From the NCBI GenBank assembly GCA_964414295.1, contig CAYPVU010000020.1:43289-107288 (forward strand): a stretch of DNA of 64,000 nucleotides. The letters are read 5' to 3'. Source of the stretch: an uncultured Candidatus Saccharibacteria bacterium. Its GTDB lineage: Bacteria; Patescibacteriota; Dojkabacteria; J137. The notes under the pieces were generated by a model, which saw only the letters and a list, made by a program, of their open reading frames with translations, was not told where the DNA came from and did not search any database. The translations under genes were made by a program, and so were the position numbers. Below, piece after piece: positions 38,084 through 48,256 of the stretch (position 1 is the first letter of the stretch; each line of letters opens with the position of its first letter).

Positions 38084-38998
38084 ATGATTGAAATCAAAAA
38101 TGTAACTAAACGCTACAACAATAACGCTGCAGTAAATAATTTAAGTTTAAAAATAGATAAAGGGGAAATTGTAGGTTTACTAGGGCCAAATGGAGCTGGG
38201 AAAAGTACAACTATGAAGATTATTACGGGTTTAATAATTCCGGATGAAGGAGATGTTTTTATAAACGAAAAAAGCATAAGAGATTATCCTGCATACGGTA
38301 AAAAGAGAATTGGATTTATGCCGGAAAGTAATCCTTTGTATAAAGATATGATTGTTAAAGAGGCTATTGAATATTCTTTAAGTTTAAGTAATGTTGCTAA
38401 AAGCAAATATAAAGAAAGAATCGATTATGTTGTAAAGGCTACAGGTTTAGAAAATGTTTTCTATAAACCAATATCAGATTTATCAAAAGGTTATAAACAA
38501 AGAGTTGGTTTAGCACAGGTTTTAGCTAGCGATCCAGAGATCTTAATATTAGATGAACCAACTGAAGGTTTAGACCCAAACCAGAGGAATGAGATTAGGA
38601 AGCTTATTGTTGAATTAGGGAAGAATAAAACTGTAATTATTTCTACACATGTTCTGCAAGAAGTTGAACTAATGTGTAATAGAATTGTAATTATAAATAA
38701 AGGTGAGATTGTTAAAGATGGAAACAAAGATTCTTTAACAAAAGATAAATTAAAAAATACAACTGTATTAGTAACCTTAAAAGCATCAAAAAAACCTCAG
38801 CTTTCTATTAATGCTACTCAAGTTAAATTAGTAGAAGAAAATAATAATAAATTTACATTCGAAATAAAGGGAGGTGATGAAGAGGCTATTGTTTCTTCTA
38901 TTAATAAACAATTTAAAACTAGTGACTGGCAAATACTTCAATTAAAAACTGTAAGCCAAAATCTAGAAGAAGTATTTAGATCATTAACATTAAATTAA
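38084..38998 (+). CDS. ABC transporter ATP-binding protein (GldA-like)
   Basis: GPNGAGKST, LSKGYKQRVGLAQ, LILDEPTEGLDP. Confidence 0.92.
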   Translation: MIEIKNVTKRYNNNAAVNNLSLKIDKGEIVGLLGPNGAGKSTTMKIITGLIIPDEGDVFINEKSIRDYPAYGKKRIGFMPESNPLYKDMIVKEAIEYSLSLSNVAKSKYKERIDYVVKATGLENVFYKPISDLSKGYKQRVGLAQVLASDPEILILDEPTEGLDPNQRNEIRKLIVELGKNKTVIISTHVLQEVELMCNRIVIINKGEIVKDGNKDSLTKDKLKNTTVLVTLKASKKPQLSINATQVKLVEENNNKFTFEIKGGDEEAIVSSINKQFKTSDWQILQLKTVSQNLEEVFRSLTLN

Positions 38999-39000
38999 AT

Positions 39001-41253
39001 ATGAAAACAAGAAAATTTAAATTTAACAAAAGTGTTCCTTCTTTAATTTTAAAAGAAATTAAATCAATCTTATTTTCACCAACAGGATTTATTGTAGGAA
39101 GTTTATTTATTTTTGTAGTAGGAATATTAGTATTCGGAATAGGAAGGTTTACACAATTTGGAACTAATGATCTAACACAAGTTTTTGGATATTTAGCTTT
39201 TGCTATGGCTATAGCAATTCCGGCATTAGTAATGGGCTCTATTTCAAAAGAAAAAGGTAATGGAACTATGGAGTATCTACTGTCTAAACCTTTATCTGAA
39301 TTTGAGATTTTACTAGCTAAGTTTATATCTTATTCCATTTTATCTGTACTACTAATATTACTTACTCTACCTTTAACTTTAGCTACAGCAGCTTATGCAG
39401 GAGTAGATGTAGGACAAGTATTTATGCAATACGCAGGTGCAATAATGTTAGCTGTTTCTATTGTAAGTGTAGGGATAGCAGTATCCGCACTATTTAAAAA
39501 TGAAGTTGCCTCATTTTTAACTACTGTTGTAATAGTGGCTTTGTTTATAATAACTGGCTCTAATTTAATTAACTTTTTACCGTTTAGTCTCTCAACTTTT
39601 TTAGATAGAATTAGTTTATTATCTCACTATCAATCAGTATCTAGAGGAGTGTTAGATCTTAGAGATTTATTTTACTTTGCAGCATTTATATTCTTATTTT
39701 TATCTGTTGCATACTTTTTATTAATTAAAGATAAATACCCTAGTAAACATAAGTATTTAAGAAATACAAAAATTGCTACAGTTCTTTTTGTGATTATTGC
39801 CTTTTTAGTAGGGACTTTAGGACAAGTTATACCCGGAAGGCTAGATTTTACTTCTGATCAAAGATATACCCTATCTCCAGCAACAGTAAATGTATTAAAT
39901 AATATTCAAGATACCTTAACAATTGATTATTACGCTTCCTCTAATTTACCTATTGAATTTCAATCAGAACTTAGAAGAGTAAGTGATTTGCTTACAGATT
40001 ACGCTAAGGCTTCTAATGGAAGAATTATTTTAAATACAAGAGAACCAGATAAAGATCAAACAATTCAATCACAGGCAGAAGCTGCTGGAATTACTCAAAT
40101 TAGGTTCTCTGTAAATTCCAGTGATTCAGCTCAAGTAGTTGTAGGTTATTTTGGTATTGCATTCAAATATCAGGATAAAAATGAAGCAATGAATCTAGAT
40201 AATAGTATTTTAAACGATCTAGAGTACCAGGTAACAAAGAAAGTTAAAAAACTTACAGAAATAAGTAAAAAGGTTGTAGCTTTTGTAAATAATAATGTTT
40301 TACATTCACTAAGCGGAGACTTAACTAGGTTAAACTCTGAGCTAGGTGATTTATTCGAAGTTAGAAATATTGAACTAACTTTAGAAAATCCCGAAGTACC
40401 TTCTGATATATCTGCAATAGTAATTGCTGGTCCAGTTGAAAGATTTTCAGATAAAACAATAGAGTCTCTAAAAGCATTCTTTAATAATGGAGGTAGCATT
40501 TTCTTTCTTACAGATACAATAGATACAAATACAGAAACACCTACAATTAATGAAAATGCTTTAGGAAATTTATTTGCAGATTATGGTGTAACTATAAATA
40601 ATGATTTAGTTTATGATTTAGATAGTAATAATATAGTTGCACTGCAGTCACTATTTTCCCCAGTAATATTTAACTTCCCTCAATGGATAATTAGTAGACC
40701 AGTAGATAGTTCTACAGGTATAACTAAAGACGTTTCTGCTGTGTCTTTATTATGGGCAAATTCAATTAATATAGAACAAAAGGAAAATGTTACTGCTTCA
40801 GTACTACTAACTACTAGTGAAAATTCTAATATTCAATCATCAGATAGTCTAAATACTACATTTGAACAGACTTGGGAGTATAAGGATAGTGATTCTACTA
40901 GAACTGTTGGAGTTGCATTAGAAAATTCAAAGGGAGGTAGAGCTGTAATAGTGGCTGATACAGATTTTATTACTGATAACATTCTAAGTGCTCTAGCAGA
41001 GAGACAAGCTCAAGATAAGGAAGTTATATCCTTTACATTAAATTCAATTTCCTGGTTAGTTAGAGATAGTCTAGTAGGGAGCATTAAGGCTAAAACAAAC
41101 TCTGCAAAACTATTGAACTTAAATAGTAATCAACAAGTAACTTATATAGCTGCTAGTGTAGGAATTCCAATCCTAATCTGCACTCTAGTTTTTGCAGGTT
41201 ACTATCTAAAAAGAAGAAGAACACTAAACAAGATTTATAAATCTAATGAATAA
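39001..41253 (+). CDS. ABC-2 permease fused to GldG-like auxiliary domain (GldF-GldG fusion)
   Basis: EKGNGTMEYLLSKP, SRGVLDLRD, RLDFTSDQRYTLSPAT, LEYQVT. Confidence 0.85.
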   Translation: MKTRKFKFNKSVPSLILKEIKSILFSPTGFIVGSLFIFVVGILVFGIGRFTQFGTNDLTQVFGYLAFAMAIAIPALVMGSISKEKGNGTMEYLLSKPLSEFEILLAKFISYSILSVLLILLTLPLTLATAAYAGVDVGQVFMQYAGAIMLAVSIVSVGIAVSALFKNEVASFLTTVVIVALFIITGSNLINFLPFSLSTFLDRISLLSHYQSVSRGVLDLRDLFYFAAFIFLFLSVAYFLLIKDKYPSKHKYLRNTKIATVLFVIIAFLVGTLGQVIPGRLDFTSDQRYTLSPATVNVLNNIQDTLTIDYYASSNLPIEFQSELRRVSDLLTDYAKASNGRIILNTREPDKDQTIQSQAEAAGITQIRFSVNSSDSAQVVVGYFGIAFKYQDKNEAMNLDNSILNDLEYQVTKKVKKLTEISKKVVAFVNNNVLHSLSGDLTRLNSELGDLFEVRNIELTLENPEVPSDISAIVIAGPVERFSDKTIESLKAFFNNGGSIFFLTDTIDTNTETPTINENALGNLFADYGVTINNDLVYDLDSNNIVALQSLFSPVIFNFPQWIISRPVDSSTGITKDVSAVSLLWANSINIEQKENVTASVLLTTSENSNIQSSDSLNTTFEQTWEYKDSDSTRTVGVALENSKGGRAVIVADTDFITDNILSALAERQAQDKEVISFTLNSISWLVRDSLVGSIKAKTNSAKLLNLNSNQQVTYIAASVGIPILICTLVFAGYYLKRRRTLNKIYKSNE

Positions 41254-42103
41254 AAGTACAATTAAAAAGTTATTAATAATAATAGTATTTTTAATATTGT
41301 TAGTAACTGGAGTTATGTTTATTGAAGGCAATTTAAAACAGAACTATAACTCTAGTTACTTCTTTAACGATCAAAAACTTTCTAATATAACTAAAGTTGA
41401 ATATGTTAATGCGTCTAATAATATTTTAATTAATAAAAGATCAGATGGCTGGTATGTGAATGATTATAAAGCTTCTAACAGAATTGTAGAAATAGCAATC
41501 TCTAAACTATTATCACTAAATGTTGAGTATATTGCATCTACTGAAGATAACTCCCACAGTTTATTCGAAGTAAATAATCCTAACAACAAGCTAATAATAG
41601 AAACAGAGAACTCAAGATTAGAATTTTTTATTGGCAAAAATACCTATTCAAATGGGAGCTTTATTAGAGATATTAATTCATCCTCAACTGTTGCTTTAGA
41701 TACCAATATATCGTCCATACTCGATTATGATGTAAATTACTTTAGGGATAAGGTTATTACTTCGTTTAACCCAAACTCGGTAGATGCTATAAAATTAAAT
41801 AACAAGGAATATAAAAAACAAGAGTGGGGAGGTAAAGAAGGTAATTTACAAAAGTTAATAATTAGATTAAGCAACTTAGAAGGTATCTCTATTGCTTCGG
41901 AAAGTGATAAAGCTAGTATATCAAAGCTATCTCCCCTTTTCACCGTTGACATTTCTACTAAAGGGAATGAGGTAAACTTATTCTTTTATGATTTTAATAG
42001 CATAAAGTATATAAAGGATAGAGCAAAGGAAGATTTTATAGTTATTACAGATTCAACTTTCCAAGATATTAATTCAGAGATAGAAACCTTAATTGGTGTA
42101 TAA
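41246..42103 (+). CDS. DUF4340-like accessory protein
   Basis: N-terminal TM, FFIGK, FRDK motifs; usual position after gldAFG-like genes. Confidence 0.65.
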   Translation: MNKSTIKKLLIIIVFLILLVTGVMFIEGNLKQNYNSSYFFNDQKLSNITKVEYVNASNNILINKRSDGWYVNDYKASNRIVEIAISKLLSLNVEYIASTEDNSHSLFEVNNPNNKLIIETENSRLEFFIGKNTYSNGSFIRDINSSSTVALDTNISSILDYDVNYFRDKVITSFNPNSVDAIKLNNKEYKKQEWGGKEGNLQKLIIRLSNLEGISIASESDKASISKLSPLFTVDISTKGNEVNLFFYDFNSIKYIKDRAKEDFIVITDSTFQDINSEIETLIGV

Positions 42104-42106
42104 CAC

Positions 42107-43027
42107 CTATTCTCTAATTTTTTTACTACCTATCTTTCCCGTTTTACTAGAATAATTAATATTGAGTATGTCTTTTAGAGCTTTATTAAATCTAATTAGT
42201 AAGATTAAACTAACATTAATTATTATTACAACAATAATTAAAATATAATTTACATAAAAGAAAGTTGTTTTTTTTACAGTACTTTTGTTTGTAAGTGTAT
42301 CTGTTACTAATACTTCTGCACGATATTGTCCTATGTCTAAAAGATCAGAAATTGGGATGCTTGCATCAATATTGTAAGTTTCTGAATTATAAATCATCTT
42401 TAAATTCTCGTTTAAGACCTTTGTATATACTATCTGCCCTTTATTACTAATTATATTAAGATTAATTATTGGTTTTGATACTTGATTAATGGCTGGATTA
42501 TCAATAGTTAAATTTAAATTAACTACATTACTTATGAGTAACTTTTGCGATACAGCAAATTCTTTGATGATAGTGCCTACTTCACTAGAAAATGTAGAGT
42601 CTACGAATACACTTATAGTATAAGGAATTTGTAGTATTACTAAAGAATCATTATTACTTTTATCTGTAACCTCCAATACAATAGCTTTTTTATAAACTCC
42701 TTTTGAACTATTTTCAGGAACGATTAACTTGTAATCAATTACTTGAGTACCTTTAGAAGCTAAGATTACATTTAAAGAAGATAGTTCAATCCATGGTGTA
42801 CTTGTTTGAATAGGAACCTCATTAATAATATCGTATTCCTTTAAAACTATCGATATGGGTATCTCTTCATTATTAGTAATTGAAAACTTTCCTGAATGAC
42901 TGTCCTGTGTTTTTAAAGTTATACTCTCAGTTGCAGGAGTAATGGTAACTCCTGTCTCTGCAGCCTCAATCTGTTGACTAAAGACAGATATTAAAATTAC
43001 AATTGTTGTAAATATCCACTTAAACAT
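42107..43027 (-). CDS. DUF916/WxLIP-like secreted Ig-fold protein with C-terminal TM anchor
   Basis: Signal peptide, GVTITPA, PWI, GQYRAEV, C-terminal TM followed by a basic tail. Confidence 0.55.
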   Translation of the reverse strand: MFKWIFTTIVILISVFSQQIEAAETGVTITPATESITLKTQDSHSGKFSITNNEEIPISIVLKEYDIINEVPIQTSTPWIELSSLNVILASKGTQVIDYKLIVPENSSKGVYKKAIVLEVTDKSNNDSLVILQIPYTISVFVDSTFSSEVGTIIKEFAVSQKLLISNVVNLNLTIDNPAINQVSKPIINLNIISNKGQIVYTKVLNENLKMIYNSETYNIDASIPISDLLDIGQYRAEVLVTDTLTNKSTVKKTTFFYVNYILIIVVIIINVSLILLIRFNKALKDILNINYSSKTGKIGSKKIRE

Positions 43028-43931
43028 TTTTTCTTTTTAAATTTCTTACTGTAAAAATAATAATTCCCAAAATAATAACTATTAGCCAGATGGGTATAAC
43101 AAATATTCTGCTTTTTTGCGTATAAACGTTATTTTCAAGACCATATAAAAAATTTAAAGATACTTCATACTCACCAAGAACTAACTGATTAAAGTAAATA
43201 TCTTTTGTATAGTTTCTAAGAGAGAATGAGTTTACAATTCGGCCTTCAGTATTGAAATCACTGTTTAATACATCGGGACCAAAACCAAATTTCTTATTTA
43301 GTGTAATTACTCCTGTAGGAGTTATTATCTGATTACTGTTATTTAAAACAGTTATAGAGTAGTTTACGCCATTTGAAATATAATTATAACCAACATCAAA
43401 TGTATCTAAAGAGATATCTCCATAACTAATACCTTGTACACCTGCAACATTTATAATAAATGGAACGCCTATACTTTGCTTTATAGAAGTTTTTGTCTCA
43501 CTTAAATTATTATTACTATTAGTAATTGTTTCAAAAAGTAATGTAAATAAATAACCACCTGGGGGAGTCTCGGGATTTATAGCTAGATCAAGTGTGTATT
43601 CATATCTTTCTTTAGGCTTTAGTACAATTGTATTCTTAAAATTTCTAATCCAATTTAAAATTGTTTCATCAATACTTTCATCAAATAGAATTTCTTGATT
43701 ATTATTAATTAATTTAAAACTTCTTAAATTAACTCCTAATACTACTTCTTCTGACTCATTATTTAATAGCGTTATTAGAACCTTTTCAGAATCATTTCCC
43801 TTATAGTTTTTTTGAACCTTTATAGGGCTTATTGAAATTCCATTTCCTTCATCTGCAGTTATAATAATACTTCCAGAAAGAATAATTAGTAGTATAAAAG
43901 ATATTGTGAATAAACCCTTTAGTATATTCAT
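43020..43931 (-). CDS. DUF916/WxLIP-like secreted Ig-fold protein with C-terminal TM anchor
   Basis: Signal peptide, GISISP, NWI, PPGGY, GEYEVSL, FVIP plus TM and basic tail. Confidence 0.6.
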   Translation of the reverse strand: MNILKGLFTISFILLIILSGSIIITADEGNGISISPIKVQKNYKGNDSEKVLITLLNNESEEVVLGVNLRSFKLINNNQEILFDESIDETILNWIRNFKNTIVLKPKERYEYTLDLAINPETPPGGYLFTLLFETITNSNNNLSETKTSIKQSIGVPFIINVAGVQGISYGDISLDTFDVGYNYISNGVNYSITVLNNSNQIITPTGVITLNKKFGFGPDVLNSDFNTEGRIVNSFSLRNYTKDIYFNQLVLGEYEVSLNFLYGLENNVYTQKSRIFVIPIWLIVIILGIIIFTVRNLKRKNV

Positions 43932-45073
43932 AAATTTGTAAATGCAGTGAATGTTAATGTATCACTATAACTTTCCGCTGGAGTTAGTGTACTTGATTTT
44001 ACTCCCACCTCAACTGCTATTCTGCTTAAGCTGTCTGATCTTACAGCTCCTAATGAACTAATTAGTAGAGTTGAACTACCCAAGCTCCCACTTATTTGAC
44101 CTACATCTCCAGCTGTTGAAGAATTAAAGGGTGAATTCACTAAAAAGGAACCAATTGTTGGTGTTCCTGTAGAAGCAATTCTTAAGCCGTAACCTTCTGT
44201 AGTACCAGCTAGGTTTAAATTACCTGTAATTGATTCTATTGTTCCAGTATTCCCAACTATTCCACCCACAGTATTATTTCTAGAACTTTGTACCAAAATT
44301 TTTAAGCCACTATTAGAGTTAGTAGCTGCTTCAATGCAAATAAATGGAATATCTGTAGTGCTATATTTAGCAATCCCTGGAAATAATTGACCAAAGCTTA
44401 TTGATTGATCCTCAGGTGGTGTCTGAGTATTATTATTACAATCACTATTCACTGTATCTATACCCATTAATATTGTATTAGAAATATTTGCATTTAACTG
44501 AACAGTATCTACATTTACAGCTGATGAATCTCCTAATATTATAACTGCTAATTCACCACTATCTTGTAGTGTATTTAAAGTTATATTAAATACTGTATTG
44601 CTTATTACATTAGGATTATTAATATTATGATTAGCTCCATTACTATTTAATTGCACTCTTATACATTTATTACTAGCTAAAGTATCTGTTCCAGATGTAA
44701 TAGCAATTGTTAAAGCTGAATATATAGCGCCCCATGTAGATCCGCTAGGTGAACTACTTAGTGTTTTATTCGTAAAAGTACTGGTTTTACAATCCAGTAA
44801 ACTTCCTTCAGCTAAGGTGATATCAGTATAGTCAAATAAACTTCCAAAGCTAAATTCTGAAGGGAAACTTATATTAATGCTTTGTCCAGCAGATAAACCA
44901 TTTGGTAATACAAAATATATATTATGATTTGCAATTGCATTAGAAGAAACCCTACTCATTTGATTAAAGACAGTTGTAATTGTGTCTGCTTTTATCAAAG
45001 TAAAGTTTATATTTAACATCAGCCCAATTAAAAGGGCAGAGCCTAATTTTAATAGAAATCTTTTTTTAAACAT
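43928..45073 (-). CDS. Secreted beta-rich surface subunit with WxL-like C-terminal domain
   Basis: Signal peptide, S/T/G-rich, TNSNSG, EGYG, terminal YSDTLTFTA strand. Confidence 0.6.
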   Translation of the reverse strand: MFKKRFLLKLGSALLIGLMLNINFTLIKADTITTVFNQMSRVSSNAIANHNIYFVLPNGLSAGQSINISFPSEFSFGSLFDYTDITLAEGSLLDCKTSTFTNKTLSSSPSGSTWGAIYSALTIAITSGTDTLASNKCIRVQLNSNGANHNINNPNVISNTVFNITLNTLQDSGELAVIILGDSSAVNVDTVQLNANISNTILMGIDTVNSDCNNNTQTPPEDQSISFGQLFPGIAKYSTTDIPFICIEAATNSNSGLKILVQSSRNNTVGGIVGNTGTIESITGNLNLAGTTEGYGLRIASTGTPTIGSFLVNSPFNSSTAGDVGQISGSLGSSTLLISSLGAVRSDSLSRIAVEVGVKSSTLTPAESYSDTLTFTAFTNL

Positions 45074-46119
45074 TAAATTTTTTTTGGAGTTTTTTTTAAT
45101 TCCCTAAGTTCTTTTGTTTTTCTTCTATCTCTTATGTAGATAAAAATGAGTAGAGCAATTATGATTGCTGCCACAAGAACTACTTTCCAAGGAATAATCC
45201 ATACATATATTGAAGAAACAATTTTTGGACTTACATTAAAAGTTACTCCTAATCTAGCTTCGTATTGTCCAAATCGAAAGTGAGAGAGTTCATAAACAAA
45301 TTGTTCAATAAAATTACCATTTACAGGATAGTCTGGATCAATCCAGCTATTTGTAAATTTTCTTGTTGTTCCAGGATAAATATCTAATTCCTCATCATTA
45401 AATGGGATTGTAATCTTAGAACCAGAACCAAACAATTCTATGTAACCCTTTGGGCTTTGAGATAACAAATTTCCTTCATTTTTAATTCTTGTTATAAATT
45501 TAATATTATCGTAATTATATATAGGTAAAAATGAATCAACTTTAAATTCTATTAGATCAAGTTTAGTCTTTACTTCATCACAATATTCTTGATTTGTGCT
45601 ATTAACATTTATATGCAGCTGAGAGACTATAGAATTTCTAATTCCTACTTGAGAATCTTGTGCGTTACTATTTAAATTTTTGTTTAATTCTTCTCTTGGT
45701 GCTGTAGAAATAAAGATAGTTGCAAGGTTAGTTCCGCACCTTGCAATTTCACTAACAGAAACGCTAAAGGGTATAGAAACAATTTGTCCTGCACTTAAAG
45801 TAAATTTATCCATATTTAACTTTATCCAATTCGCTGGTTCGGCTTCATCATTGGGATTAGGGATTTGAAAATCTCTTTCATCTTCTTCACCTAGCTTTTC
45901 CATTGTCATAGGGTAAGCATATAGTTGAAGTGTATCAGGTTGCCTAGCATCTCCTAAAACTTTTAGTTCAAAGTTTTTAGTTTCTCCAGGAGTAATATCA
46001 ATGTAGTATTTATCTGGACTAATTACTGCTGCATTAATAGGTTTATTAAAATAATTAAATACAGTAATTGCAGCTATAAACGCAAGTATAAATAGTCTAA
46101 CTAAATAGGCTTTTTTCAT
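45073..46119 (-). CDS. DUF916/WxLIP-like secreted Ig-fold protein with C-terminal TM anchor
   Basis: AAVISPDKYYID, NWI, RFGQYEARL, WIIPWK plus TM; paralog of 47239-48255; ATG at 46119 preferred. Confidence 0.65.
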   Translation of the reverse strand: MKKAYLVRLFILAFIAAITVFNYFNKPINAAVISPDKYYIDITPGETKNFELKVLGDARQPDTLQLYAYPMTMEKLGEEDERDFQIPNPNDEAEPANWIKLNMDKFTLSAGQIVSIPFSVSVSEIARCGTNLATIFISTAPREELNKNLNSNAQDSQVGIRNSIVSQLHINVNSTNQEYCDEVKTKLDLIEFKVDSFLPIYNYDNIKFITRIKNEGNLLSQSPKGYIELFGSGSKITIPFNDEELDIYPGTTRKFTNSWIDPDYPVNGNFIEQFVYELSHFRFGQYEARLGVTFNVSPKIVSSIYVWIIPWKVVLVAAIIIALLIFIYIRDRRKTKELRELKKTPKKI

Positions 46120-46189
46120 AAGGATGTAAATATGTACATTACTTTTGAGTATAGAATAAAATCGCTGGATTTCCAATATCTAAATACAT

Positions 46190-47173
46190 CTATTTAGTAT
46201 AAGCAGTATAGAAAACTGTTTGAGTATAAGTACCAGTTGCAGTACCCATTGTTGCTCCGTGAGTTACTGTAAAGTGATGGCCTACTGTTGCTTTATCACT
46301 TGTTGTTGTTGATGTTGCTAATGTTGTTTCTGTTGTCGGTACTGTTTGATATGCTGATCCATATGATCCTGCTGCACTAAATCTTGCTCCTGCTGTTGAT
46401 ATGTAAAAACCATATGCTTCTGTTCCTGCATTTATTGTTCCAGTTGCATTTGTCATATTTACTGTTCCATTTGTGAATGCTCCTCCTGCTCTTACTCTTA
46501 CTGTTGCTCCTGTTGATGAGTTTGTTCCTACTCCTACATTGTATGCACATGTATTTACTGAGTTTACTGATAATACTCCTAAGTTACATGTATTTGGATT
46601 TGTCATTAAAGTTGTTGTTCCTGAATTGTATAGATCTAATGCTAATACTGGAGGTACTATTGCTCTTACTTCTACTTCATTTTCATCTGCTATGTAAGAT
46701 AGTCCTGCTCCTGTATCGTATGTTGATCCACTTCCTCCTACATTTACTGATACTGACCAGCTGTAGTTTCCTGCTGAAGATGGTGTTGTTAATTGATTAC
46801 TATCTCCTATTACTGTTGTTACTGTTGTTGTTACTGAACCTGAAGTAGTTAAAGTACATCTAAAGTATCCTGCAATAAATCCGGTACATGTTTTTGATGA
46901 TATATTTGTTCCACTTATTGATATGTCTCCATCTGTTAGTGCTGCTCCTCCGGTAAAGGTTGTTGGATATGTTATTTCTATTACACTATTATTTGTTATT
47001 GCTGTTACTGGAGTAAAGGTTACTGTTACATCTACTGCCGTAGAGACAGCTAAAGAATCAGAAACTACTGTTACATCTGTTAATACTGCAGCATTAATGT
47101 GCTGAGTTAAATTAGAAAGTGGAACAAAAACTACTAATAAAACTAATAGCTTTTGTACAAGATTATTTCTCAT
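46190..47173 (-). CDS. Secreted Thr-rich surface subunit with WxL-like C-terminal domain
   Basis: Signal peptide, two Cys pairs, GTNSSTG, EAYGF, terminal YTQTVFYTA; paralog of 48257-49252. Confidence 0.65.
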   Translation of the reverse strand: MRNNLVQKLLVLLVVFVPLSNLTQHINAAVLTDVTVVSDSLAVSTAVDVTVTFTPVTAITNNSVIEITYPTTFTGGAALTDGDISISGTNISSKTCTGFIAGYFRCTLTTSGSVTTTVTTVIGDSNQLTTPSSAGNYSWSVSVNVGGSGSTYDTGAGLSYIADENEVEVRAIVPPVLALDLYNSGTTTLMTNPNTCNLGVLSVNSVNTCAYNVGVGTNSSTGATVRVRAGGAFTNGTVNMTNATGTINAGTEAYGFYISTAGARFSAAGSYGSAYQTVPTTETTLATSTTTSDKATVGHHFTVTHGATMGTATGTYTQTVFYTAYTK

Positions 47174-47203
47174 ATTCAATATTAAAAAATGAACGTTCTT
47201 ATC

Positions 47204-47232
47204 ATTAAAACAAATGTAAAAAGAGGTGTCAA
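47204..47232 (-). promoter_or_regulatory. Sigma70 promoter of subunit gene 46190-47173
   Basis: TTGACA-17 nt-TTTAAT. Confidence 0.6.
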
Positions 47233-47238
47233 TTATAA

Positions 47239-48255
47239 TTAATTTCTCTTTTTCATTTCTTTTTTTAGGTATTTAATTTCCTGCTTAGTCTTATAGCTAT
47301 TTTTTGCAAACCAAATTACACCAATTAAAATTACTAAAAAAAATAGAATAACTTTCCAAGGAAAAATCCAAATAGTAGTAGTAGCAATTATAGGTTTTTG
47401 AATGTTTTTTGTAACTCCTAATCTAGCAGTGTATGGACCTATTCTAAAGTTTGTTAACTCATAAATAAACTCTTGAAAAATATTCCCTCTAGGGTAATTA
47501 GGATCCATCCAAGTAGTATTAAAAATTCTAGTCGATTTAGGGTAAATGTCTAAACTATTTTCATTGAATTCTAAAGTAACTTTTTTACCTATCCCAAAAA
47601 GCTCAATAAATCCTTTTATATTTCTAGATAAATATTCCGATTCATTTTCAATGGATGTTTTAAATTCGATATTATCGTAGTTAAATATAGGAAGGGTGGC
47701 TGTTGTTTTAAATTCTTTAAGAATTAAATCCTCATAATATGCACAATTACTATTATCAACTTTTGATGTGGAGATATGTATTTGACTAATAACTTCATTT
47801 GCAATTGATATATTACTTCCTTGTGCTTCAGTTGTTTCTTCTGCTTCCGAAACAGCTAAGCCAGTTAAAGAACTTTGGCATAGATAATCTGTAGGAATAT
47901 TTAATTGCCAGTTAACATTTACAGTTTGGCCGGGGTCCACCTTTACTTGCTTATCTATAACGTTAATCCAGTTAGATACATCATCTTTATTATTAGGATC
48001 AGGTGAATAGAAACTTCTTTCGTTACCAGTGCCTATTTTCTTTACGCCTATTACTCTTATATTGTATGTTACAGTTTTATTTTGATTTGGAGCGGAATAA
48101 ATTGTTAAAGTCTTATTAATAGTATTACTTTCCTTTGTATCAATATAATACTTATCTGGACTAATTACTGCTGCACTAGCTTTGTAAGAAGTAAATAGGA
48201 CTAATAAAAAGAAAATAGTAAAAATCAAGCCTTTCCTTTTAAATTTAATAGTCAT
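47239..48255 (-). CDS. DUF916/WxLIP-like secreted Ig-fold protein with C-terminal TM anchor
   Basis: AAVISPDKYYID, NWI, RIGPYTARL, WIFPWK plus TM; ATG at 48255 preferred. Confidence 0.65.
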   Translation of the reverse strand: MTIKFKRKGLIFTIFFLLVLFTSYKASAAVISPDKYYIDTKESNTINKTLTIYSAPNQNKTVTYNIRVIGVKKIGTGNERSFYSPDPNNKDDVSNWINVIDKQVKVDPGQTVNVNWQLNIPTDYLCQSSLTGLAVSEAEETTEAQGSNISIANEVISQIHISTSKVDNSNCAYYEDLILKEFKTTATLPIFNYDNIEFKTSIENESEYLSRNIKGFIELFGIGKKVTLEFNENSLDIYPKSTRIFNTTWMDPNYPRGNIFQEFIYELTNFRIGPYTARLGVTKNIQKPIIATTTIWIFPWKVILFFLVILIGVIWFAKNSYKTKQEIKYLKKEMKKRN

Positions 48256-48256
48256 A

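Noticed and set aside
46477-46848. 123-aa poly-Leu ORF on the + strand
   Set aside because: Shadow of the A-ending codon bias in the real minus-strand gene 46190-47173
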